Positions 1 to 9,742 of a stretch of 49,491 nucleotides of DNA are shown here, piece by piece. The notes beneath the pieces were generated by a model. It did no database searches and was not told the origin of the DNA. It saw only the letters and a program-made list of their open reading frames with translations. This DNA comes from Sphingobacteriia bacterium (lineage in GTDB: Bacteria; Bacteroidota; Bacteroidia; Bacteroidales; TTA-H9), in contig JAJTBW010000003.1 in the NCBI GenBank assembly GCA_021286705.1, positions 1 to 49,491 of the forward strand. The letters run 5' to 3'. Numbering within the stretch: position 1 is the stretch's first letter; every line of letters begins with the position of its first letter. A program made the translations under genes and the position numbers.

Positions 1-57
1 AACATAAGAGAACATAAGAGCGTCATAAGAGAGATATAAGAGGGATATAAGAGGGAT
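1..57. repeat. Degenerate 10-11 bp tandem repeat (core ATAAGAG x5) at window edge
   Basis: aacataagag aacataagag cgtcataagag agatataagag ggatataagag read directly. Confidence 0.8.
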
Positions 58-241
58 GCTTTAGGCGTGCTGAATATCAGAGAGTTGAAAGCATGACTAT
101 TTGGGACTGGCAGGAGAAATTTGGAATGAATGGGCGGTTGCATCCGGAAGAAACATAAAATCAGAGGATTAGCTATTTCATTTCGTTAACGTTTATTAAA
201 CAAGAATAGGTTTTCTTTGTTATTTCTACGATATTTACATT

Positions 242-934
242 ATGACAACCATTTCATTAAACACAATAGATCTCGACCAATTAGCCATTTGGCTGAAAAC
301 AAGATTAACGAAAGCCCTTCCTGGAAAAGCTGCACAATTACTCATGGCTCCTCCATTAAGAGAAGAGAGAATGACAATACCAGAAGGAGTTACCGCCATT
401 GACTCAGCTGTTTTAATCGGATTGGTAACACAAGATCAGGAGCCCTCTATAATCTTAATTAAGAGGCCTGAATATGATGGTGTACATAGTGGACAGATGG
501 CCTTTCCCGGAGGAAAAAAAGAGAAAGAAGATAGTTCAGAATGGGAGACAGCCAAACGCGAAAGCTTTGAAGAGGTCGGATTACCTCTGGATTCCCCAAA
601 GTTCTTAGGATCTATGACCCCTCTTTTTATTCCTCATTCCGGGTATATCGTCAGACCTGTAGTTGCTCACATCAATGAATTTCCTCCGTTAAAACCTGAC
701 AATAATGAGGTCGACTCTATTCATATCATCAAGTTAAGAGACCTTCTCGACCCATCTCAGCGTGAAACGCTAACCTTTAGTACCTTTTCAGGAGAGATTA
801 AAGCCCCCTGTTACGCAGTGTCAAAGCAAGCAATATGGGGTGCGACAGCTATGATATTAAGTGAGTTCTTAGTTATAGTTAGTGAATATCTGGGGATTGA
901 CGTAAAAACAATCTTCCCCGAAAGCAGATTATAA
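242..934 (+). CDS. Nudix hydrolase, CoA pyrophosphatase (NudL/YeaB-like)
   Basis: Nudix box GGKKEKEDSSEWETAKRESFEEVGL, upstream HSGQMAFPGG motif, C-terminal IWGATA. Confidence 0.9.
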   Translation: MTTISLNTIDLDQLAIWLKTRLTKALPGKAAQLLMAPPLREERMTIPEGVTAIDSAVLIGLVTQDQEPSIILIKRPEYDGVHSGQMAFPGGKKEKEDSSEWETAKRESFEEVGLPLDSPKFLGSMTPLFIPHSGYIVRPVVAHINEFPPLKPDNNEVDSIHIIKLRDLLDPSQRETLTFSTFSGEIKAPCYAVSKQAIWGATAMILSEFLVIVSEYLGIDVKTIFPESRL

Positions 935-962
935 AACATCTATAATCACTTTCGGGGAAGAT
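911..962. terminator. Long hairpin between convergent genes, probably the terminator of the minus-strand redoxin gene
   Basis: atcttccccgaaag...ctttcggggaagat plus inner gattata/tataatc; left arm overlaps the last Nudix codons; followed by TGTTTTT on the minus strand. Confidence 0.7.
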
Positions 963-982
963 ATGCTCTTAACGAGTAACTT

Positions 983-2413
983 TTATTTCTCTTTTCTCAA
1001 TTTAGCTTCGTATCGTTCAAGGAAAGACTCAAGTACATCCACCGTTAGCCGCTTTGCAATAATCTTTTTATTCTCATCAAGCAGATATAGAACGGGAGTA
1101 CTAAAGACATCATATAAATCCTTAAAGAAAGGGGTATAAGCTCTGGGGCCATTCACGTTTATGAAAGGCATCTTCTTTTCCTTTATATAATCCTTCATTT
1201 TCCTCATATTGGTATCGGTACAAACGGCAAATACCTCAAGGTTAAAACGGTTCTTATCCTTTTTCATAAAATCAATAACCAAAGGAATCTCCGTTTTGCA
1301 ATGTCCGCATTCCGGATCCCAGAATAGAAGTAAAGTATATCTGGCCTTTACACTATGTAAAGAGACAGGACGCATCGCTGTATCAAGCATCATAAGTTCA
1401 GGTGCCGGATTTCCTATCAGAATTGGACGCAGAGTGTTAGCACGTTTCAACACATTGGCTTTAACCGTCTTATTAATCCAGTAGTCCATCTCACCTGAAG
1501 AGTAGAACCGATCAGCCATCTCTACGAAAACAGCATCCATACCCATAATGGTACTTTTCTCAGAATAGGTTGTGATATACCAAACAAAATACCGGTAGGT
1601 ATCTCTGGATCTCTTCACGATTGGAAGAAGATTATTAACCTCTTTCATAACCGAATCAGGGCTCTGAACAACCAACTGAGAGAAGTATCTGTTTAATCGG
1701 GCATGATAAGCGGGTGTTCTGAGGAGTCGAGAATCTCCAAGGTCAAGATTCGAGAAGAAGCTATTTTTATATAGCAGATATAGCTTTGTAGAATCAACTG
1801 AGCCATCGGGTTTATACGGAGTAGGCGGAATAGCAGGCTCTTGCTGAGCAGCAATAAATGAACCTGCAAAGTTTGTCTTATTCTTCTCTATGAAGTTTGA
1901 AATATAATCTTTCACTTCAATATCAATCGCTCCAAGCCGTTTATCTATAATAGCAGATGAGTCGCTTTTGGGATCCAATCTCTCCTTCGTTTTTCTAAGA
2001 TCATTCACCTCTTTCTGCTTCCCGGCTAAATATTGTATATAGCTATACAACCTTTCATTATCAATTGACCCCTTGATCTTCATAGTTAAAGGGATGTCAG
2101 GTAAGGCAGCCTCAACAGTGATTTTCTGTTCCTTGTCGATAAGCAATTCAAAATACCTCGACTTATTTTGTCCGGCAACAATATACATCCCTCCTGGAAT
2201 CAGAGAATCAGCAGAAAATATATACCACCCATCCTTTGTTCTAAAAGCAGTGTCATCAACATATTGCTTTTCACCATAGTAATGCGCTAAAAGGAGAGCC
2301 GTATCAGGTGCATTCTTGATTTTAACCTTAAGTTCAAAAACAGATGCCTTCACTGACATTGATTGCAGGATGCCCCATAAGGCAAAAATTAAGATTAGAG
2401 TTTTGCTTCTCAT
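983..2413 (-). CDS. Exported TlpA/redoxin-family thiol-disulfide oxidoreductase with N-terminal Bacteroidota domains (DUF4369/DUF5106-like)
   Basis: Signal peptide; C-terminal thioredoxin fold with IGNPAPEL, FWDPECGHC (CxxC) and YDVFSTP cis-Pro motif. Confidence 0.85.
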   Translation of the reverse strand: MRSKTLILIFALWGILQSMSVKASVFELKVKIKNAPDTALLLAHYYGEKQYVDDTAFRTKDGWYIFSADSLIPGGMYIVAGQNKSRYFELLIDKEQKITVEAALPDIPLTMKIKGSIDNERLYSYIQYLAGKQKEVNDLRKTKERLDPKSDSSAIIDKRLGAIDIEVKDYISNFIEKNKTNFAGSFIAAQQEPAIPPTPYKPDGSVDSTKLYLLYKNSFFSNLDLGDSRLLRTPAYHARLNRYFSQLVVQSPDSVMKEVNNLLPIVKRSRDTYRYFVWYITTYSEKSTIMGMDAVFVEMADRFYSSGEMDYWINKTVKANVLKRANTLRPILIGNPAPELMMLDTAMRPVSLHSVKARYTLLLFWDPECGHCKTEIPLVIDFMKKDKNRFNLEVFAVCTDTNMRKMKDYIKEKKMPFINVNGPRAYTPFFKDLYDVFSTPVLYLLDENKKIIAKRLTVDVLESFLERYEAKLRKEK

Positions 2414-2531
2414 ATAGTAATTTATTGATCTATAGTAATTACATGTTTCGCTTTAAAGAAATCTAAATTGATATATAATCATGATTTCTAAAATCCCAAT
2501 AAGTTCTGCCTAATTCTAAGGTTAGAAAACA

Positions 2532-2539
2532 CAAATGTA
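2532..2539 (-). promoter_or_regulatory. Bacteroidota -7 promoter box for the redoxin gene
   Basis: TACATTTG matches TAnnTTTG. Confidence 0.55.
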
Positions 2540-2768
2540 ACCGATTTTTAAAAATTAGTTCTACTCTTATGGCGCTATTGTTCACCTTAGGCTCAAGGAT
2601 AAGAAATAAACATTTATTACCTTTACTTGCCATGATTAATTATGTAGAATTGTGGATAATGCCCCAACATCTGCCAAACCAGATGGCACCTAGATGGGTC
2701 AAAAATAAAGAAGTGACACTTCAATCAGGCATATCACATGTGACCGCTGAATACCAAATTATTATCAC

Positions 2769-3932
2769 ATGAAGACATTTTGCTCTATATTATTAATTCT
2801 TATAGCAACTCATTTTCAGGTTATCGCAGAAAATGATAGCCTCCTCAATTTAAAACTCAATCAGGCATTTGAGCTAAAAGAGAGTGGCTTAAAACAGATT
2901 GAGGCAATCAATGATTCAATGAAAGGAGCATCCTATAGTAACCTAATTGGTCTGCTTAACAATTACAAATTAGTTGCAACGGCAGACAGTACCATAAATG
3001 TCATCTATGCTGATATGTATACCAATCAGCGATTGATCCATAAAAATTTAATTATCAAACTCGATTCGTTAGGTATAAACCCGGATAAACCTAATTTCAA
3101 CAAAAGTCAGGGACGAATAGGCTGGAGCCATTATGGCTTCTTCACACTTCTCATACTTATATCAATACTCTCTCTTATTGCCATTAAGCTGTTTATGAAA
3201 CAAAAAAAACTATCACAAGAAATAGAGGCACTATCTAAAAAGCCTGAACCTGACGAAACACTAAAAAAGATAAATGAAGAATATGAACAGCGGCTTCAAG
3301 ATATCTCCGGATTGTTAACAGAGATGACATTACAGCATAACAATACCGCAACTGAGATTGAAAATCTTAACAAGGTTCTGGCTAAGGAGAGACAGACCCG
3401 AATAGCCTACTCAGAGCAGTATGAGAAAGTAGCAGATGAACTTAATAAACTAAAGGCAAGAAATGATCTTTGGCCTACCATAACCGGATCGGGAAACAGA
3501 GAAAGCACCGAGCATCTCAATGTAGAGATTGAGAAACTTCAAATTGAGATAAATGATCTAAAAGCAGGAAAATTCGCACTTGAACAACAACTTAAAGAGG
3601 CACTATTAAAATTAAACTCTGAGGAACTGCCAAATCTGCCTGATCCAAGAGTTATCAATTCAGAATTTCAAGAAAACGACCATTTAAAACAGACAGTGCA
3701 CACATTAAGAGCCTCTCTGAAAGAAAGTGTTGCCGAAGGAGAAAACCTTAAAATTGAGCTAGCATCCCTGCAAAAGGAGATAGAGATACTTAATAATAAT
3801 TCGATTGTTTCTGCTCAAAACCAAAACCGAATTGAACAGCTTGAGGAAGAATTAAAACAGAAACAATCCTTTATAGACCAGTTAAGAGCATTAATTACGG
3901 GTCAATCAGACGGACCAAATAGCGAAACATAA
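2769..3932 (+). CDS. Hypothetical membrane-anchored coiled-coil protein
   Basis: Signal peptide, one TM helix (YGFFTLLILISILSLIAIKLF), long E/K/L/Q-rich heptad C-terminus; 31-bp convergent overlap with next gene. Confidence 0.75.
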   Translation: MKTFCSILLILIATHFQVIAENDSLLNLKLNQAFELKESGLKQIEAINDSMKGASYSNLIGLLNNYKLVATADSTINVIYADMYTNQRLIHKNLIIKLDSLGINPDKPNFNKSQGRIGWSHYGFFTLLILISILSLIAIKLFMKQKKLSQEIEALSKKPEPDETLKKINEEYEQRLQDISGLLTEMTLQHNNTATEIENLNKVLAKERQTRIAYSEQYEKVADELNKLKARNDLWPTITGSGNRESTEHLNVEIEKLQIEINDLKAGKFALEQQLKEALLKLNSEELPNLPDPRVINSEFQENDHLKQTVHTLRASLKESVAEGENLKIELASLQKEIEILNNNSIVSAQNQNRIEQLEEELKQKQSFIDQLRALITGQSDGPNSET

Positions 3933-4564
3933 AGCCAGGCAAGCCCTTCTGAAATTACCGCCCGAGTGCCACGAGACGACCTCCACCATCTGCCACCATC
4001 ATAAGTATCATCTTGATAGGTCACAACACCTGTGTTCCATCCATCTGGATGCAATGTCTTCTTAAAAATCAGCCAGCTTCTTCTTGAGTGTACCCCCTGT
4101 GAAAGCAATAAAATATTACCTGGCTTTACTCCGGATGATCTTAGCCATATCGCCAAAGCCTGAGCCGAGGCCACCGACCTGTTTCTTGTAACAGGGGCAG
4201 ACGGAATACAATGTAAAATTGTTGAATCAACGCCGAGTTTTAAGAGCGTATTATAGGCAACCTCAGCAGTTGAAGTATAATCAAGCAAATACTTACCCTG
4301 CATAACTTGTTGACCTGTGACACAAACCATTGTAAAGCCCCCTTTTTTAATAAAGTCGGCAGCCGTCGTCAATGCTAGATCATCTACCCAACCCTCTACA
4401 ATAAGTATTTTAGTCGTAACGGGCTTCTGCGGAGAAAGAAAACTCACAGCATTTGTGAAAAGCAACCAAACCAACAGAGCAAACATGAGCACAAAAAGCA
4501 AAGCCCCTTGCCAGGTAGGGACTAACAACTCTTTACGATAGAATAGCTTAAACTTTATTCGCAT
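3902..4564 (-). CDS. YdcF/ElyC/SanA (DUF218)-like protein
   Basis: N-terminal TM, ILIVEGW, VCVTG, HSRRSWLIF motif, C-terminal SE..AWLY. Confidence 0.75.
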   Translation of the reverse strand: MRIKFKLFYRKELLVPTWQGALLFVLMFALLVWLLFTNAVSFLSPQKPVTTKILIVEGWVDDLALTTAADFIKKGGFTMVCVTGQQVMQGKYLLDYTSTAEVAYNTLLKLGVDSTILHCIPSAPVTRNRSVASAQALAIWLRSSGVKPGNILLLSQGVHSRRSWLIFKKTLHPDGWNTGVVTYQDDTYDGGRWWRSSRGTRAVISEGLAWLYVSLFGPSD

Positions 4565-4593
4565 CCTGTTAAAGATTTCATATCAATGATGTA

Positions 4594-4601
4594 CAAAGGT
4601 A
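4594..4601 (-). promoter_or_regulatory. -7 promoter box for the DUF218 gene
   Basis: TACCTTTG. Confidence 0.55.
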
Positions 4602-4673
4602 TGCCATTTTAAATCCGTAATCCTTCTGGGACAAGGATTACAATAATCAACGAGCAATCTGTTCATAATCATT

Positions 4674-4728
4674 TAACATACCTATAACAGATGATTAACC
4701 CACGTACTAAAAAGAGAGTATACTTTTG
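4674..4728 (+). promoter_or_regulatory. Three TAAC(A/C) direct repeats with 11-bp period upstream of a -7 box
   Basis: TAACA at 4674, TAACA at 4685, TAACC at 4696; TACTTTTG at 4721-4728. Confidence 0.55.
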
Positions 4729-4839
4729 CCTCTGAAACATTGGTCTTGCTATAAGATTACCCCAACAAAAAATGATAGGTAGAATCTTTCAAAACGGGCA
4801 GCCGAAAGTAACGAAAACATATTAAATCAAGTCATAAAA

Positions 4840-5247
4840 ATGAAAAACATTCTCTCCTCAATTCTGGTTATTTTCTGTTTATCACTTTCAGCAAACATGG
4901 TTTTAGCTGCAAGTCATAACGATAATGATGGAAAAGATTTATCAAAGGGAGTTTCTACACAAACAGCTACTCCGGCAGAACCAGCTCCAGCGGTTCAGAG
5001 TGCTATAAGTGGAAAAGTAACCGATATTCTAACCGGAGAAACACTTTCAGGTGCTGAAATTACAATTGAAGGAACGAACACTAAGGTCTACACTGACCTT
5101 GATGGTAACTTTAGCATTCCTCAGCTAAAACCAGGAAAGTATACCCTCATCTGCTCTTTAATCTCTTACAATAAGAGTTTAATAGAGAAACTTGAGGTTA
5201 GTTCTGATAAAACATCTTGTGAAATTGCTTTAGAATCTGCGCGTTAA
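4840..5247 (+). CDS. Small exported carboxypeptidase-regulatory-like domain protein (stand-alone SusC N-terminal-type domain)
   Basis: Signal peptide, P/A/T linker, ISGKVTD..TGETLSGA.I.IEGT....TDLDGNFSI..LKPGKYTL. Confidence 0.85.
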   Translation: MKNILSSILVIFCLSLSANMVLAASHNDNDGKDLSKGVSTQTATPAEPAPAVQSAISGKVTDILTGETLSGAEITIEGTNTKVYTDLDGNFSIPQLKPGKYTLICSLISYNKSLIEKLEVSSDKTSCEIALESAR

Positions 5248-5278
5248 TATAGTAACATCTCCATTCCTAAAATTTTCA

Positions 5279-5311
5279 AGAGAGAGTACCCGGGAGGCTC
5301 TCTCTCTTTTT
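5279..5311 (+). terminator. Intrinsic terminator
   Basis: agagagagt...gctctctct followed by T-run. Confidence 0.65.
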
Positions 5312-5503
5312 ATTTAGGGTGGTTAGTATTTCGGCTTTAAGACAGAGAGGTTTGGCTATTGGCATATCTTGTATGATTGTAACATTGCTAGGGTAATACC
5401 ATCGTAGGTAGTAATATATAAAGAACTATAGTAAGGCGTTTTAGTGGGAACTTGATACTAAAGCACCTCTTAATCTAATTTTTGAAAAAAAGAGAGAGAT
5501 TAG

Positions 5504-5532
5504 TGTAACTTTTTTGATAGTTGAATGTCATA
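5504..5532 (+). promoter_or_regulatory. Candidate ECF-sigma (sigmaE-like) promoter
   Basis: GTAACTT-N15-GTCATA ending 26 bp before the ATG; no TAnnTTTG box seen there. Confidence 0.45.
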
Positions 5533-5558
5533 CTTGAAAGCAAAACAACTCAAATAAT

Positions 5559-6371
5559 ATGAAGAAAATAATCTTAATTGGTCTTTTACAAGCCATCATG
5601 TTGGTAACCGGTGTTAGTCTATTTGGACAAACTACTAAAGAAAACAGAAATCCCGGAAAGTTTTCTTCCATTGAAAGCAATAGCAGCGTTGACATCATAC
5701 TAAAACAGGGTTCCGAGTGCAGCATCGTTGTAGAAGCTGACAACGATATTATCTCGAAAGTCAGAACAGAAGTAACAGGTGGTAGGCTGACCATTGGACT
5801 AGAAAGAGGAAGCTATAGAAACATTAAAGTATTACGCGCCACCGTTACCTTACCTAGTTTGAAAGAGCTCCAAATCAGAGGGTCAGGTGATGTCACATCA
5901 ATTGGAACAATTGAAGCGCAAGATCTTAAGATAGATATTTATGGGTCGGGGGATGTTGATCTTGATCTTAAATCTACAAATACAAAAGTTGAGATCAGAG
6001 GTTCAGGTGACACCGATCTGAAAGGATTAAGAGGTAACCTTGATATATCTATCGTTGGATCCGGTGATTTTGAGGCCAAAGCAGTGCAATTAGAGAAACT
6101 AATCGCAAGGATACAAGGATCGGGTGATGTATCAATTACCGGAGCAACGCAAAGTTCAGATATTGAAGTCTTAGGTTCAGGCGATGCTAGTTTAAAAGAT
6201 CTTAAAGCTCAAACAAGTAGTGTCTCATTAAGAGGATCAGGAGAAGTTGAAGTCTATGCCTCAGATGAGATCAAAGCAGAGGCTTATGGATCAGGCGATA
6301 TGATCATCTACGGTAACCCTAAAGTTAAAAAAGTTACCCATCGTGGATCAGGTGAATTAAGTTACAAATAA
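5559..6371 (+). CDS. Head-GIN domain protein (DUF2807, putative adhesin-like beta-helix)
   Basis: Signal peptide ending FG|Q; repeated I.GSGD(V) units; C-terminal IYGNP..V....GSG. Confidence 0.9.
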   Translation: MKKIILIGLLQAIMLVTGVSLFGQTTKENRNPGKFSSIESNSSVDIILKQGSECSIVVEADNDIISKVRTEVTGGRLTIGLERGSYRNIKVLRATVTLPSLKELQIRGSGDVTSIGTIEAQDLKIDIYGSGDVDLDLKSTNTKVEIRGSGDTDLKGLRGNLDISIVGSGDFEAKAVQLEKLIARIQGSGDVSITGATQSSDIEVLGSGDASLKDLKAQTSSVSLRGSGEVEVYASDEIKAEAYGSGDMIIYGNPKVKKVTHRGSGELSYK

Positions 6372-6413
6372 GACATCTGCTAAAAGGTCTTTCTTCAAAT
6401 CTCTGCGGATGTT

Positions 6414-6445
6414 AGCCCCTGAAATTAATTTCGGGGGCTTTTTTT
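6414..6445 (+). terminator. Intrinsic terminator
   Basis: agcccctgaaat-ta-atttcgggggct followed by T-run. Confidence 0.9.
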
Positions 6446-6654
6446 ATCCCTTATCACATCAGGGGTATTCAAAATACACAACCATTAGTCCAAATAATTG
6501 AAAACTGAATAGAAACTAGCCGCATCAGGCTTTTCAAAATGGGTAAAATATAGTACTTTTACCCATATCAACGTGTTTATTACCAATTTGAATATCGAGT
6601 GAGAAAACAATTCACTTATTGGTATGTTTCAAATAGAAGATATAAACTAGAAAA

Positions 6655-8556
6655 GTGGAGAGCCAGATGAATTTAAAACACATAAACAGATCAATAATTC
6701 AGTTAGTTAAACTTAGTCTCTTTAGCTTCCTACTCTTAGCTACTAATTTGATCTATGGAACTAACCTCGCTTTTACAGGTCACCCAACTACAAAGCAGTT
6801 CATTGATACTAAGGAAAGCGGGGGTTATAGTTCGACCGAACATGATCGTTTGCTTAATGAGATGAGCATTATTAAGAGCGAAAATGAGAGACTACGGATT
6901 ACTAAACAGGTTCTAACGGCACTGGTAGGATTCACTATGCTCGTATTCTTCTTTTGGTTAGTCATGAGCAGAACTAAACTTCGAAGACAGATTCAGGAAG
7001 AGAAAGATAAGCTCAGTAGATTTAAGGATGATACGATTAGAAATCTAGATATATACCTGGGAAACCTCAGCCATGAATTGAGAACGCCGTTAAATGGAAT
7101 TACCGGAGGGACGGAGCTTTTAAAGTACACTAATCTAACTGATAAGCAAGAGGAGTTTATTAACCTTTTGGATGTCTCATCCTCAAATATGTTGGCTGCA
7201 ATCAGTGATTACGTCGAGATATCAGATCTTGAAAGGAATGGAGAGACAACGCCAGTCAATCTTCATCACCTAACAGGAGACATTATCGATATGATTAGTG
7301 ATAAGGCAACAGAGCAAAGGATTAAACTAAATCTCTATACAGACACAAAGATACCTCACACTCTTTATCTGAACCAACCAGCAATCCGAAAAGCAATTAC
7401 TGGTTTTCTGAGACTGGCAATTTATCGTCCGAATACTACTGAGATCTCGTTAAAATGCGAGTTGGTAAAGCAGACAGGAAATATATCATCCTTAAAGATC
7501 TCATTTATTGATAATGGAGTGCCCATCATTCCTCAGCGTTTTAAAGAGTTGCTCAATGAAGAGCTTCCAGAGGAGGTAAATCTGTTAGATCTTATTGATC
7601 AGAACAGTGAGCATAAAATCAAAACACTCGCAAAAGTAGTTAAAGGGATAGATGGGGCTTTAGGATTAGAGCCATCATCAGAAAGAGGGAATATCATTTG
7701 GTTTACCTTAGTAGCCAACAGCGAAGAACCTTCTAGTGAAGCAATGGGGATTCACATAATGAAACTACCCAATTTAAAGGGGCTAATAGTTGATGATAAT
7801 CCGAATTCAAGAGCCATCTTCAGGCAGTATATGCAATTTTATGAGATGCGACCAAAAGAGGTGGAGACAGTAAATCAAGCTTTTGAACTACTTAAGACCG
7901 AAGAGACTCACTATCCAATAGTACTACTAAACCTAAGATATCCAACTGCCACCTCCTTATCTGGAATTCTTGAGTTCAAAAAAGCAAATCCTGAATCCAA
8001 GACACGTTTCATCTTGGTCTCTTCAACAGCTATGCCCCTAACCTATCAAGAGTTTAAAGAGTACGGAATTGATGCCATTCTGAGTAAACCTGTAAAGATT
8101 CATGAGTTATATCACATTATCGAAAAGCTTGCGGAAAAAGCCCCTATTCGACCCACCATCAACACAGAGACATCTCAAAGTGAGAAACCCGTTGTCTTGT
8201 TAGTTGAAGATAACATCATTAATGAAAAAGTCGCAAAAGCAACGCTTGAAAGACTAGGATATACAGTCGATGTAGCCGAGAACGGAAAGGTAGCCTTGCA
8301 AAAATACATTGAACACAGATATGATTTAATCTTGATGGATATAGAGATGCCTGAGATGGATGGTATACAAACTACTATCAAAATTAGAGATTTTGAAGCC
8401 TATTCTCCAATAGCGAAACATCCTAGGATCATAGCAGTAACGGCCAATGTTAAACCGGGAGACCGTGAGTTATGCATAAAAGCCGGTATGGATGACTATA
8501 TTAGCAAACCATTTAAACATGAAGAATTAATAAAAGTGCTGACATCAAACAAATAA
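6655..8556 (+). CDS. Membrane hybrid histidine-kinase-like protein: intact HisKA, degenerate HATPase, pseudo-receiver plus canonical receiver
   Basis: Two hydrophobic segments; SHELRTPLNGI; N-box Asn and G2 box absent; REC1 LLNLRYP (Asp to Asn); REC2 DLILMDIEMPEMDG...SKPF. Confidence 0.85.
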   Translation: MESQMNLKHINRSIIQLVKLSLFSFLLLATNLIYGTNLAFTGHPTTKQFIDTKESGGYSSTEHDRLLNEMSIIKSENERLRITKQVLTALVGFTMLVFFFWLVMSRTKLRRQIQEEKDKLSRFKDDTIRNLDIYLGNLSHELRTPLNGITGGTELLKYTNLTDKQEEFINLLDVSSSNMLAAISDYVEISDLERNGETTPVNLHHLTGDIIDMISDKATEQRIKLNLYTDTKIPHTLYLNQPAIRKAITGFLRLAIYRPNTTEISLKCELVKQTGNISSLKISFIDNGVPIIPQRFKELLNEELPEEVNLLDLIDQNSEHKIKTLAKVVKGIDGALGLEPSSERGNIIWFTLVANSEEPSSEAMGIHIMKLPNLKGLIVDDNPNSRAIFRQYMQFYEMRPKEVETVNQAFELLKTEETHYPIVLLNLRYPTATSLSGILEFKKANPESKTRFILVSSTAMPLTYQEFKEYGIDAILSKPVKIHELYHIIEKLAEKAPIRPTINTETSQSEKPVVLLVEDNIINEKVAKATLERLGYTVDVAENGKVALQKYIEHRYDLILMDIEMPEMDGIQTTIKIRDFEAYSPIAKHPRIIAVTANVKPGDRELCIKAGMDDYISKPFKHEELIKVLTSNK

Positions 8557-8566
8557 CAGACTAACA

Positions 8567-9670
8567 ATGAATACAATTAAGAAGATCCTTGTTATTGAAG
8601 ACACTGAGGATGTAAGAAATAACATCAAAGAGATACTTGAGACAGAAGATTACGAGGTCTCTACTGCTGAAAATGGGAAGATAGGAGTTGATGTCGCCTT
8701 AGCTAATACACCTGATCTGATCATTTGTGATATAATGATGCCAGAATTAGACGGTTATGAGGTATTAGAAAGATTAAGAAAGGATATTCGTACTGCCACT
8801 ACCCCTTTCATTTTCCTCACTGCAAAGAACACCAGAGAAGACCATCGTAGGGGAATGGCTCTTGGAGCAGATGATTACATAGCAAAACCTTTTACAATCG
8901 ATGAGCTTATTAACGCAGTTGAGGCTCGCATTAACAGAGCACATGAATTTAAGCAAAAGAGTGAGGAAAAACTTAACGAACTGACACGAAATATGGGAAC
9001 ACCCATTACACGTGTTATTCAAGAACCACTTAAGGCAGTGATAGGTTTCTCGCAATTGGTCATGACAGAATATGCCAATATGGAGAAACCCGAGATAGCT
9101 GAATTCATGTCGCTAATCTTCAAAGCCGGGCTTAAACTCAATGGGATCGTTCATAAGACGCTTCTCTATTATCAGCTTGAGGCTGCTATTTTCAACCCAA
9201 CCACATCTGATCTATTAAAAAAACAAGGTGCTTCTGATAGCCATCCAGCCATTCAGGATGCTATAAATGAGTTAGCTCAACGATATGGTCGTCAGGCCGA
9301 TCTACAACTTCATCTAGAGGCTCATAATGCCGTAAAAATCCCATTTGATCTCCTTAAAACGTTGGTTAGTGAAGTAATAGAAAATGCAATGCTCTATTCA
9401 CCAAAACGAACCCCTATTAAGGTTATCTCTGGAAGCGACCAGGAAAAGACTGTTATTACCGTAGCCGACGAAGGACTAGGGATGTCTGATGAACAAATAT
9501 CAAAGACTGGTGCTTTCTCTACACTCTCAACAGATGGGCAAGAAGCTGAAGGTGTAGGACTAGGTCTTACAATTACAAGAAAAATTGTAGATCTTTTTGG
9601 AGGCTCTCTCTCTATAAGAAGTACGCCAGGGATAGGAACAACTGTTAGGATAAACATTCCAAATATTTAA
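8567..9670 (+). CDS. Receiver + His-less HisKA-like + intact HATPase protein
   Basis: REC DLIICDIMMPELDG; PITRVIQEPLKAVIGFS in place of xxxHELRTPLNGILGFS; ENAMLYS, DEGLGM, GVGLGL, GIGTTV. Confidence 0.85.
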   Translation: MNTIKKILVIEDTEDVRNNIKEILETEDYEVSTAENGKIGVDVALANTPDLIICDIMMPELDGYEVLERLRKDIRTATTPFIFLTAKNTREDHRRGMALGADDYIAKPFTIDELINAVEARINRAHEFKQKSEEKLNELTRNMGTPITRVIQEPLKAVIGFSQLVMTEYANMEKPEIAEFMSLIFKAGLKLNGIVHKTLLYYQLEAAIFNPTTSDLLKKQGASDSHPAIQDAINELAQRYGRQADLQLHLEAHNAVKIPFDLLKTLVSEVIENAMLYSPKRTPIKVISGSDQEKTVITVADEGLGMSDEQISKTGAFSTLSTDGQEAEGVGLGLTITRKIVDLFGGSLSIRSTPGIGTTVRINIPNI

Positions 9671-9674
9671 TGAG

Positions 9675-9708
9675 AAAAGCCCCAACACTTAGTTGGGGCT
9701 TTTTTTTT
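9675..9708 (+). terminator. Intrinsic terminator
   Basis: aaaagccccaac-actta-gttggggctttt plus T-run. Confidence 0.9.
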
Positions 9709-9742
9709 ATAAACGCAGTTAATACTTTTGCGCAAAAAAACT

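Noticed and set aside
2569-2772. 67-aa ORF and TCACATGTGA palindrome (2734-2743) upstream of the coiled-coil gene
   Set aside because: No family features; a single 10-bp palindrome is expected by chance in 49 kb
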